Of a stretch of DNA of 64,000 nucleotides, positions 12,661-24,699 are shown one piece after another. The notes beneath the pieces are model-generated. The model saw only the letters and a program-made list of their open reading frames with translations. It did not search any database and was not told the origin of the DNA. Within the stretch, counting starts at the first letter, position 1. Each line of letters opens with the position of its first letter. Source of the DNA: Macrostomum lignano (lineage: Eukaryota); contig NIVC01000990.1 in the NCBI GenBank assembly GCA_002269645.1, forward strand, positions 124,001-188,000. The letters are read 5' to 3'. Both the position numbers and the translations under genes were made by a program.

Positions 12661-14521
12661 TTCAGAGCGGCGCACCGTTGCTAAGCGTTGCTAGGATTAT
12701 TTATTGACTTCGGATTCCTTCACACAATTCTCTTATTTCTACTACTAGTAATGCGCAATGTTTTTGTGTTTTTATATTTTTAAACTTTTTATATTTTTGT
12801 CAATTTTTATTATTTACAACAGATTTCCATTTACAGAGCAATTTTTCTGATTTTAAGCAAATTCTATTTACAATTTGATACTTGATTCGATCATTTCAGA
12901 TAATGGCCGTATCGCCTGCGGGGGGCGAATCCTGAGGTGACACCTCTCTCACTTCTTGGTCTCAGATTATAATGCGGCCTATGCTCAATCCTTTCGTCTT
13001 CATTTCTTTCTCTCCTATCTAATTCTAATGCGTCATCTGTTTCGGCTGGCTCAGTCTTCTCACTATCTGTTGACTCATCTTCATGCTCAAATTCTTCTTC
13101 GTTTGGTTCTATCTCATTCTCTAGTTAGTAAGTTATGCAATTATTGGATTAGTTTGGTTTCAAGCCTTTACTTTCCGAAAAATGCTATGTTCTCAGGAAT
13201 GGGCTAAAATTGGCTGTCATTGGACTACCTTGCTTTCTCCAAAAGAACAGTGAGCACTCCTTCCAGTATTCCATCTCTCATATTTCTCTTTTCCAATTTT
13301 TTTTTCAGGATCCTTGAGAAAGGACTTTAAAATGGCTGTGCCGAGCCTTTCTAAGCGGGATCAAGAAATTTCCGTTCTTTCTATTTTTAGATTTTCTCTG
13401 ACAAATTCTTTTCTTTTCTCATCTCTCTTATTTTTGTTCTTCACAGACTATCGCATCCATTTAGACAGCAATGATATCTGATCTAAAGAGGGACACCATG
13501 AGATAGCTGATCGGATTTTTCTTGGCTTTTTCTCACAATTTTTCTCCTCACTTTATCAAACTCTCAATTCTTCTGGTTCACTTCTTTGACTTTGCTTATG
13601 TACTTCTTCTTGATTTTTCTTCGAATTCTTCTCTTGAATTCACTTCTTCAAATTCGCTTCTCGACTACTCTTGATTCTCTTCTACTTGGTGTCTATTAGC
13701 GCTTGAGGGTGCGGCTAGACTACGTCACTCGATGGCGACAAAAAGTCTTTAGTCTACCTCTTGCTTTTAGCACACCTTTTCTTCTCTAATTCTCGATTCC
13801 TCTCAAATTCTCGTCTTCTTCTTCAATTCAACTTCTCAGCGTCCTGTATTCTCTTCTCTCTACTGCCTATTGTCAGAGTTTATTACATTAATTCTTTAAT
13901 TATTTCTTCTTCACAGAGCTTCTCACTACTCCGACGCTTATTGTAGACTTCCTATCTTACTTTCTGAGCAGCCTAACTAACCGAATTAAACCTGTTTTTG
14001 TTGATTTTCTGAATTTTCTTTGTCAAAACGGCCCTTTTCGGGGTCACCTAATTCTTTAAGGCTCTTCTGGAGACTTAATTTTGCGTAGTTAAGTGTGCTA
14101 TTTACATAGTGAATATTTACACAGTTACATAATGTTAATTCTAGTCATTTCAAATATGCTAAGAGTCTATTCGAAAACTTCGGTAAAACGGCCCTTCTGA
14201 GGCTTCTATACCGTATTTTGTTAGGGAAACCTTTCTGAGCTATTTTACTTCAAGCAAATTTGTGCAATAGTGACGTATTTACATAATACAGTACTATAAT
14301 AATCATGCATGTCAAACATTTTAATGAGCTAGCGATTTACATAAGCGGTCTTTTGCTAAAACGGCCCTTTTGGGGCTCCATTAGGTAATTATGTGCATTA
14401 TATATTCTGTACGGTCATTTTTATTTTCTTTTCGAAGCTTTTTATAAATTTTTATATTTTTATGAATATATTATGTACAATTTTCTTAGCTTAATTGATT
14501 CGTGCTAGTAGAAAATTACTC

Positions 14522-15112
14522 TCATCCTTTCTCCTGAGCTCGCTGTCTGGCTTCTCCCAGATTCACTCTGCATCTGTGACCTGCTTGTGGCCTGATTGGT
14601 CCTGGCTTCCCACAGAAGAAGCAATGACCAGGGCTTGGCTCTGGTCTGGCGCCACTAAATCTGTGCGGCGGGCGCGATTTTGGCGCCGTCTGGTACTTGT
14701 ACTGCTGCTGCTGCTCTGATTTCTGTTCTAAGTTCAGATTTGTCAATATGACCGTCAGGGTCATCAAGCACTCGACTAGGGCTTGGACTCCATTCTCCTC
14801 CTGCTTCTGCTGCTTCCTTTCGAACTGCTCAATACCTTGTCGCCTAATGTCTTGATAGTGCTGCTGATCTTGTTTATGGCTCATCCTCCGTTTCAGTTCT
14901 TCTGGGATGTCTAGATTGGCGAAAAGAGCTACTTTCCGTTTTTCTCCATTCAATCCTTGCCTCCTGCATTGCTGCTCGAATGCATTGATCCACTGCCTGA
15001 TGTTTTTGTCAAGTGTGTACTTCTCAATCTCTAATTGCTTCTCCGTTCCTAATCCTAGCTTCTTTGACAGCTCTTCAGCTAGCCTAGCGATTGCATCATT
15101 GGCATTAGCCAT
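14522..15112 (-). CDS. Short gag-like ORF with degenerate zinc knuckle
   Basis: Begins just after the PBS; LEIEKY...IRQWINAFEQQC retrotransposon-gag-like N-terminus; CFFCGKPG(P) knuckle lacking the His. Confidence 0.7.
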   Translation of the reverse strand: MANANDAIARLAEELSKKLGLGTEKQLEIEKYTLDKNIRQWINAFEQQCRRQGLNGEKRKVALFANLDIPEELKRRMSHKQDQQHYQDIRRQGIEQFERKQQKQEENGVQALVECLMTLTVILTNLNLEQKSEQQQQYKYQTAPKSRPPHRFSGARPEPSPGHCFFCGKPGPIRPQAGHRCRVNLGEARQRAQEKG

Positions 15113-15188
15113 CTCTCTTCTTAATCTTAAAATTTCTTACTGATGATCTTCAACTGTCGGAGTTCTTCGCCGTTTCTCTGATCCTTTA

Positions 15189-15199
15189 CGCTGCCACCA
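15189..15199 (-). promoter_or_regulatory. Primer-binding site complementary to the tRNA-Leu 3' end
   Basis: TGGTGGCAGCG, 3 nt inside the 5' LTR, complementary to ...CGCUGCCACCA of eukaryotic tRNA-Leu(AAG/UAG), recalled rather than searched. Confidence 0.75.
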
Positions 15200-15202
15200 A
15201 GT

Positions 15203-16143
15203 TGTACTAGGCGTGTTTCCTGTGCACTGAGAATCCTACTAAATGCCACCAAGTTGTAACAGGGGTGATTCTTTCTTCTTAATAATAATTTCACACTGTC
15301 ACCAAAAGCTGTCGTAGGGCTCTTAATTAATCCTTTGTCTAGCCTTACTAGCTGCCACCAAAGCTATCACAGGGCTAATTTACTAATCTCTTAAGTGTTC
15401 TTCTTAGGTTGGTAGCTGCCACCAGGATTATCCTATTAATAAATTATGAGTTTATCAATCTTAGAATAATCCGAGAAATGTTTCTTAGAATAGGTCTGGG
15501 TATTTAGTCTGAGTATTTAGTCTGAGTATTTAGTCTGAGTATTTAGTCTGAGTATTATTCTTAGAAAAACTATTAGCCCTGAAAGGTGTACTCTTCTGAT
15601 TATTCTGGTAGCGTTCTATTATTCTGGTAGCGTTCTACTTAATAATGGCCTGAGCGGTATTTTTGGCTTACTGGTATATGTATTTCATGTACTTTGCAAG
15701 TCCTTGGGCGTTACCGAGATCAGAGGGTCACAGCCTCCGTTATTCTTACACGTCTTAACTTCAGATCTACTTCGCAACTTCTTACTACTCAACACTTTCC
15801 TTCTTAGTAGTATATACGGTACACACCTTCGTCTACTTCACTCTTACTTCTTAAGGAATGAATACAGAAAACACTTCTTCAATTCTTATTTTCTCGGAAC
15901 TCTTATTAACTGCTATTAATCGGTATGATTGCGAACCGCGATGCGCGAGGTTGGTTCTCCCTCTGCCGAATTTGCTTGTATTTATAGTAAAATTCTAGTA
16001 GATTTTAAACAAAAATTAGTTCGCGTAAAATATTATACAAAACACGAATATTAAAACAAAAATGCGTCGTAGTTTTTGGCGTGAATTTAAAGTGTAATAA
16101 ACGATAGCTATTTTTAGAAAGAAATCGGGAGGGGCCCTGTACA
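15203..16143 (-). repeat. 5' LTR (941 bp)
   Basis: Direct repeat of 10467-11407. Confidence 0.95.
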
Positions 16144-16523
16144 ATTCAATTAGAAGTTTTACTACTATATGATGTAAATTTTTAGCTAAAAAAGTAATTT
16201 AAACTTAAAATAGTACACATATAAAACTATTTTAACAAATTCCTTTTTCTTAAACTATTATTTAACATTTACCTTTTCTAATGACTAATCTATTTATTTT
16301 GTTAATTATTAATGCAAATATATTTCTTATTAACACATTTTAACCTATAAAACTTGCAATTTAATAATAATAATAATAATAATATTAAAAGTTAAATACT
16401 AAAAAAATCTAGAATATTTCTTATATTATAGATAGGCCTACTTAGTAAAAATGGTTAGAGCTTGTTTTTGTGCCTAGGTCTATATGACTATATTCTTGGT
16501 CCTATATATGCAGGTCTAGCTTA

Positions 16524-17047
16524 AAAAACTGATAGCTTTCTAAAGACTTGAGGCCTAGGTAAAACAAGAAAAATGAAAATGGTGGGGGCATATTGTAAAT
16601 ATTGTCCTTATATATTTAACTACATAGACAGGTCTATTAGTATAGTTACTACATTGAAATGGAATTATACCTACAATAATGGCTTAATAGTACCGTAATG
16701 CAGCGTTTTTATTGCAAATATACTTGATTTTAAAAAGGAAAAATACAAAGTTCGGCTAATGCCACTTGTGAGTATTTTGCAACTTGGGGCTTATGAAATA
16801 AAAAGAAAATAATATGAAGATGAAACTTTCAAGACACAACTACATTAAAATATAATAGAGTAACATGTTGTGCGTGCTAAATAAAAAGAATGGTTATCTT
16901 AGCTGCCTTAGATCAAATGCAATCATTGATTTTGTGATGAAAAAATGATTTGCTCCTATCTCCGCAGTGTATTTTTTCCAGGAAATCGTCCTCCTAAAAA
17001 TTTACACGATCTTTGAGTTTTACGTCCTGCTAGTCTAGAAGTCCTTG
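16524..17047 (-). repeat. Right arm of the ~525-bp long inverted repeat
   Basis: Reverse complement of 6509-7033. Confidence 0.9.
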
Positions 17048-18336
17048 GTTCACCTCCCCTGCTGAACGAGGCCATCGCTGATTTTGTCCGCTAAGATGGC
17101 GTTCCGCGACGATGGCCGGCCGGCGGCCACGTTCTGATGCTTGGCGGCGCCGCCTAGTGAGTCATTGCATCCCACCACAACAGATAAGCACATTCCATCC
17201 ATAATTGACTCGTCTAAAACAAATAGCCCCAGTCGGAATCCATAAATCCTTATCTGATTACAACTGTATCGTAAATTCTGAATTGTACTTCTGAATTGTA
17301 CTTCTGAATTAACACCCCTCGTAAATTGAATTGCGACGTATAAAAGTTCAGTAAAACAGAAATACTGAAGTATACTGAACTGACTAAAAATGACACTTTT
17401 AAAATATTTCGCAACAGCTGTAGCCAGGGGCGCGGATTTAGGGGTCTGGTGGGAGCGCCACTCCTCCCAGCGCTCCCTAGGAACTTTTATTACCTGGATA
17501 CCTAGGTACTTCTTCCTAGGTACTAGAATTTACCTTGGCTAGTAATCGACATACTGATTTACTTTGCTAAAATTCTACAGTTTTTGACGCAAGCAAGGCT
17601 GGGCCGTTAAATCATTGATGAAACAAGTTACAACCTTAGAAACTGTAAATTAAATCACAAAACAGCCGACATGTATCGAAGCAACGAAACTAACCAGTCA
17701 AAAACACATTTCGCACTCTCATCCAGATTCTGCCCGATCGCTACGAGGGCTTCTAGCGCGCTCTGCCGTTGCCGGAGTGCAGAGGGCGAGATTGCCGCCT
17801 GGCCACTCGGCTGCCGGCATTCTTTGTCCAGCCGGACCTGGAGCCCAGGATGTACAACGCCTATGGCCTGGCCGCTGCGATGTCATAGGGGCACCACAAA
17901 CCTGCACTTGGATATCGCCTGGATACTTTGGTCACCATAGCAACATTAATAGAAAATGAGAAGCAGATGAATGTTTATTTAAAACCAGTTTGATTACTTT
18001 TATCCCAGATTTAGACCATGAAACACCCGATGGCCGATATGATACGAACCAAATTTTATTATTTTTCAGTTTTAACTGCTCCTGTCTTTTCGTGGTTCAT
18101 ATTTTCAGAATTTAACTAGCAATCAGCGCCCCCCCTTGGGGAGCCAAAAAATGCAGTACGAGTTTTTTTAATAAACTACATGTAGATTGTAGTGTCTCTT
18201 TGCAATAACCTCAGCAATCGCTTGTAAGCGTTGACATCTCAGCAATTCCTCCCCCCACAAGTCTTAACATATCAAACTCCCCCCTTGAAATCTGAGCGAT
18301 GACCCCCATAAGCCTTGAAATCTTAAAAAATCTGTC

Positions 18337-18368
18337 AACCCTAACCCTAACCCTAACCCTAACCCTAA
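18337..18368 (-). repeat. Interstitial telomere-like (TTAGGG)5
   Basis: aa(ccctaa)x5 on the + strand. Confidence 0.85.
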
Positions 18369-18889
18369 AGCATTGCTATTTTAGTAATTCTCCCCAAGAG
18401 TCATTATAACATTACAGCATTATAGCAATTCCTCCAAGCCTTGACATCGTAGCGATTCCCAAATGAATCTCGTAACTTCGACATGACTCTTCTTTTATAT
18501 CTACTTTCATCTGTTTAAAATGACGCTTCTTCTATTAGCGCCCCTCGTGGGGAACTAACAAAGAATGTAATAAAAAAGTGAATAAACTACATGTAGCTTC
18601 TGAATTTTACCTAGACATCTCAAAAATCCCTCATAAGCATTTACGAGTACATCTCAGTTATTCCCCGTGAGCCTTAACATCTTAGTAATTCTCCTCAAGA
18701 GTCACAGCACAGTTTCACGTGACTCTTCTTTTATTTTGAAACGACGCTACTTTTTGACACGACGCTTCTTTTTACATGATGCTTATTGATTTTTACGTAA
18801 TGCTTCTATTTTTTTACATTTTTTTACTTTTTTAATTTTTACATAAAGCTCATTTTCTTTTCTAAATGACGCCTCTGTTATTTTTACCG

Positions 18890-21185
18890 GACGCTTTTAT
18901 GATTTTTTACATGACGCTTCTATGATTGTTTACATGACGCTTCTATGATTCTTTACATGACGCTTCTATGATTTTTTACATGACGCTTCTATGATTGTTT
19001 ACATGACGCTTCTATGATTGCTTACATGACGCTTCTATGATTTTTTACATGACGCTTCTATGATTTTTTACATGACGCTTCTATGATTGTTTACATGGCG
19101 CTTTTATGATTTTTTACATGACGCTTCTATGATTGTTTACATGACGCTTCTATGATTGTTTACATGACGCTTCTATGATTTTTTAAATGACGCTTCTATG
19201 ATTTTTTACATGACGCTTCTATGATTGTTTACATGACGCTTCTATGATTGCTTACATGACGCTTCTATGATTTTTTACATGACGCTTCTATGATTTTTTA
19301 CATGACGCTTCTATGATTGTTTACATGACGCTTTTATGATTTTTTACATGACGCTTCTATGATTGTTTACATGACGCTTCTATGATTGTTTACATGACGC
19401 TTCTATGATTTTTTACATGACGCTTCTATGATTGTTTACATGACGCTTCTATGATTTTTTACATGACGCTTCTATGATTGTTTACATGACGCTTCTATGA
19501 TTGTTTACATGACGCTTCTATGATTTTTTACATGACGCTTCTATGATTGTTTACATGACGCTTTTATGATTTTTTACATGACGCTTCTATGATTTTTTAC
19601 ATGACGCTTCTATGATTGTTTACATGACGCTTCTATGATTTTTTACATGACGCTTCTATGATTTTTTACATGACGCTTCTATGATTGTTTACATGACGCT
19701 TCTATGATTTTTTACATGACGCTTCTATGATTGTTTACATGACGCTTCTATGATTGTTTACATGACGCTTCTATGATTGTTTACATGACGCTTCTATGAT
19801 TTTTTACATGACGCTTCTATGATTTTTTACATGACGCTTCTATGATTGTTTACATGACGCTTCTATGATTTTTTACATGACGCTTCTATGATTGTTTACA
19901 TGACGCTTCTATGATTGTTTACATGACGCTTCTATGATTTTTTACATGACGCTTCTATGATTGTTTACATGACGCTTCTATGATTTTTTAAATGACGCTT
20001 CTATGATTGTTTACATGACGCTTCTATGTTTTTTTACATGACGCTTCTATGATTGTTTACATGACGCTTCTATGATTGTTTACATGACGCTTCTATGATT
20101 GTTTACATGACGCTTCTATGATTGTTTACATGACGCTTCTATGATTGTTTACATGACGCTTATATGATTGTTTACATGACGCTTCTATGATTTTTTACAT
20201 GACGCTTATATGATTGTTTACATGACGCTTCTATGATTTTTTACATGACGCTTCTATGATTGTTTACATGACGCTTCTATGATTGTTTACATGACGCTTC
20301 TATGATTGTTTACATGACGCTTCTATGATTGTTTACATGACGCTTCTATGATTTTTTACATGACGCTTCTATGATTGTTTACATGACGCTTCTATGATTT
20401 TTTACATGACGCTTCTATGATTTTTTACATGACGCTTCTATGATTGTTTACATGACGCTTTTATGATTTTTTACATGACGCTTCTATGATTGTTTACATG
20501 ACGCTTCTATGATTGTTTACATGACGCTTCTATGATTTTTTACATGACGCTTCTATGATTGTTTACATGACGCTTCTATGATTTTTTACATGACGCTTCT
20601 ATGATTGTTTACATGACGCTTCTATGATTGTTTACATGACGCTTCTATGATTTTTTACATGACGCTTCTATGATTGTTTACATGACGCTTTTATGATTTT
20701 TTACATGACGCTTCTATGATTTTTTACATGACGCTTCTATGATTGTTTACATGACGCTTCTATGATTTTTTACATGACGCTTCTATGATTTTTTACATGA
20801 CGCTTCTATGATTGTTTACATGACGCTTCTATGATTTTTTACATGACGCTTCTATGATTGTTTACATGACGCTTCTATGATTGTTTACATGACGCTTCTA
20901 TGATTGTTTACATGACGCTTCTATGATTTTTTACATGACGCTTCTATGATTTTTTACATGACGCTTCTATGATTGTTTACATGACGCTTCTATGATTTTT
21001 TACATGACGCTTCTATGATTGTTTACATGACGCTTCTATGATTGTTTACATGACGCTTCTATGATTTTTTACATGACGCTTCTATGATTGTTTACATGAC
21101 GCTTCTATGATTTTTACATGACGCTTCTATGATTGTTTACATGACGCTTCTATGATTGTTTGCATGACGCTTATTTCATTTATAC
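18890..21185. repeat. 23-bp minisatellite, ~100 units (ACATGACGCTTCTATGATT[G/T]TTT)
   Basis: Directly visible tandem array. Confidence 0.97.
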
Positions 21186-21524
21186 ATGACGCTTCTTTTT
21201 TTGCTTTTATTAGCTGTGTTTTGATATTAGAATACACAGACAGGCGCAGTCCCAAGGCTTTTTGCCGAATTTTGCGGACACGTTTGTGGACAAGTCTGGC
21301 TTGAGTTTATGGTTTGACAGCCACTTTGACTTGTCATTTTCTTCTACCAAAAACCGATTAAAGGCTTTCAAACCTTTCGATAAAAGGTGCCATAAATATT
21401 TATGCGAAGACTACATCCATATTTACTTGTATAGCTAAAGAAACTAGAACGTCAGAAGCTTCCCCTCACCATTCCCTTCTGAGGGATATACATGTAAACA
21501 AGTGCATCTTATCAGGGATAAGTA

Positions 21525-23520
21525 ATTAGAAATCGTGGATTCGGATTCCAACATGAGGAATCAGGGATATAAATTTAGGAATCGTGGATTCGGATTCCGA
21601 AATGAGGAATCAGGGATATGGAATTAGGAATCGTGGATTCGGATTCCAACATGAGGAATCAGGGATATAAATTTAGGAATCGTGGATTCGGATTCCAACA
21701 TGAGGAATCAGGGATATAAATTTAGGAATCGTGGATTCGGATTCCAACATGAGGAATCAGGGATATAAATTTAGGAATCGTGGATTCGGATTCCAACATG
21801 AGGAATCAGGGATATGGAATTAAGAATCGTACATTCAGATTCCAACATGAGGAATCATTGATATGGATTTAGGAATTGTGGATTCGGATTCCAACATGAG
21901 GAATCAGGGATATGGAATTAAGAATCGTACATTCAGATTCCAACATGAGAAATCATTGATATGGATTTAGGAATTGTGGATTCGGATTCCAACATGAGGA
22001 ATCAGGGATATGGAATTAAGAATCGTGGATTCAGATTCCAACATGAGGAATCAGGGATATGGATTTAGGAATCGTGGATTCGGATTCCAACATGAGGAAT
22101 CAGGGATATGGATTTAGGAATCGTGGATTCGGGTTCCAAAACGAGGTATCAGGGATAGGGATTCGGAATCGGGGATTGAGATTAAAAAATGAGCTTCTCA
22201 CGGTTCTATGATAGCTGGCAGTCTTTCAAACATTTAGAAAAAGGTGCCATAAGCTCCTCTCTGCCTTATGAATTATGATATCTGACCCAGTCTTTCAAGT
22301 TTCTTGCAAAAGGTGCCATATGCTTTTCTGGGAAAGGGAACTAAAAATCGTGGATTTGGATTCCAAAATGAGGAATCGGAATATGGATTTAGGAATTGTG
22401 GATTCGGATTCCAACATGAGGAATCAGGGATATGGAATTAAGAATCGTGGATTCAGATTCCAACATGAGGAATCAGGGATATGGATTTAGGAATTGTGGA
22501 TTCGGATTCCAACATGAGGAATCAGGGATATGGAATTAAGAATCGTGGATTCGGATTCCAAAATGAGGAATCAGGGATAGGGATTCGGAATCGGGGATTG
22601 AGATTAAAAAATGAGTTTCTCACGGTTCTATGATAGCTGGCAGTCTTTCAAACATTTAGAAAAAGGTGTCATAAGCTCCTCTCTGCCTTATGAATTATGA
22701 TATCTGACCCAGTCTTTCAAGTTTCTTGCAAAAGGTGCCATATGCTTTTCTGGGAAAGGGAACTAAAAATCGTGGATTCGGATTCCAAAATGAGGAATCG
22801 GAATATGGAATTAGAAATTGTGGATTAGGGTTCCAAAATGAGGAATCCGGGATATGGAATTAAGAATCGTGGATTCGGATTCCAAAATGAGGAATCGGGG
22901 ATATGGAATTAAGAATCGTGGATTCGGATTCCAACATGAGGAATCAGGGATATGGAATTAGGAATCGTGGATTCAGATTCCAACATGAGGAATCAGGGAT
23001 ATGGAATTAGGAATCGTGGATTCGGATTCCAACATGAGGAATCAGGGATATGGAATTAGGAATCGTGGATTCAGATTCCAACATGAGGAATCAGGGATAT
23101 GGAATTAAGAATCGTGGATTCGGATTCCAAAACGAGGAATCAGGGATAGGGATTCGGAATCGGGGATTGAGATTAAAAAATGAGTTTCTCACGGTTCTAT
23201 GATAGCTGGCAGTCTTTAAACATTTAGAAAAAGGTGCCATAAGCTCCTCTCTGCCTTATGAATTATGATAGATGATCCAGTCTTTCAAACATTTAGAAAA
23301 AGGTGCCATAAGCTCCTCTCTGCCTTATGAATTATGATAGATGATCCAGTCTTTCAAACATTTAGAAAAAGGTGCCATAAGCTCCTCTCTGCCTTATGAA
23401 TTATGATATCTGACCCAGTCTTTCAAGTTTCTCGCAAAAGGTGCCATATGCCCTTCTGGGAAAGGGAATTAAGAATCGGGGATTGAGATTAAAAATGAGC
23501 TTTTCTAGGTTCTATGATTT
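21525..23520. repeat. Composite satellite: runs of a 49-bp unit interleaved with a ~230-bp block, plus a 69-bp x3 sub-array
   Basis: 49-bp period (TCGGATTCC at 21541 and 21590); spacer block starts near 22158, 22579, 23149; 69-bp period at 23221/23290/23359. Confidence 0.92.
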
Positions 23521-24199
23521 CTGGCAGTCTTTCAAACATTTAGACATTCAAACATTAAACATCAAATATTGTTTCAAACATTATATATACTACACCTTGT
23601 GGGATTACACGCAGGTGCGGTTTTAGTTGGGGGGGGGGGGTTAAAGGCCTATTCAAAGGCTTAATAAACTTCATTAGGAAGATTTCCGTCTGCGAAAACT
23701 CTGATTCCCGCCCTCATGCGCCCTATCTCCCCCCCTCCCCCCTACTCCTGTAGGTTAGGGTGATGAAAGATCAGAAGAGTGATTTACTGTAAAGGAGAGG
23801 ATCGCGAGATAGGACAATAGGTAGAGATACAGACTACCTATAGGGTAGGACGAGAGTAGCATGACTGAATGGCCTGGAGGAAGGTGATAAAAAGCGATAA
23901 AAGCGATATGGGCGATTCTGTGTGGCAACATAACTCATCACTAACAGTGCATCGAGTGGGTTAAAGATTAGGACAAAGGCATTACACAATTAAGTAGTAA
24001 AAGCAAATCATAACTCAATTATAATAACCTCGTAAATCTCAGCAACATCGAAAAGTCGCCATCACAGAAGTCTGTGGTCGTCACTTTTGAAAGTGCAGGT
24101 GAAGTCTCTCAATCTTTGCGAGTGACGCAACGCCACGCGGCAGACTTGAGTTGAGGAATGAAGTGGGGGAGCGGTGTGCGAGGGTTGAACGGATTAAAG

Positions 24200-24399
24200 C
24201 AGCGGTTCTCAACCTTTTTTTCAGGCGACCCCAATTTATTCACTTGCATCATTTTTAATGTTCGCGACCCCTTTTAAAATTAATATACATGCAATGCATT
24301 ATTATGTATGACAACTCACACATTTCTTCGTGCTGCGACCCCCAGAAAATGGTCACGCAACCCCACTGGGGGTCGCGACCCACAGATTGAGAACCACTG
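24200..24399. mobile_element. hAT (Charlie-type) MITE, 200 bp
   Basis: TIRs CAGCGGTTCTCAA / CAGTGGTTCTCAA; perfect 8-bp TSD GATTAAAG (24192-24199, 24400-24407). Confidence 0.92.
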
Positions 24400-24699
24400 G
24401 ATTAAAGCTACCTTGATTAGTTTATATCATATCTTTTATTTATAATATTTTAACTCACTCACTAATAATATATTACTCTCTGGCGCATAGAGTGGCGACT
24501 TTTCAATGTTGCTGAGTAACGATATTTAGTAGATCCTAAACTCTGAGCAAATAGTGATCTAGATGGAGTATACCTTATTGAAAAATAATCAATAACAAAA
24601 CAATAAACAATAACAAGTCCGAAAATGACACTTTTGGTTTTTATAGTGCCAAATAGATATAAATCTGCGCTGATCCCTGAAGTCATGCCTTAAAGCCCA

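Larger units (their letters stand above)
10467..16143 (-). mobile_element. Non-autonomous LTR retrotransposon (short gag, no recognisable pol, accessory ORF)
   Basis: Two 941-bp TGT...ACA LTRs; 4-bp TSD ATTC (10463-10466, 16144-16147); PBS at 15189-15199; polypurine tract at 11408-11420 (AGAGGAGGTAGGT on -). Confidence 0.93.
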
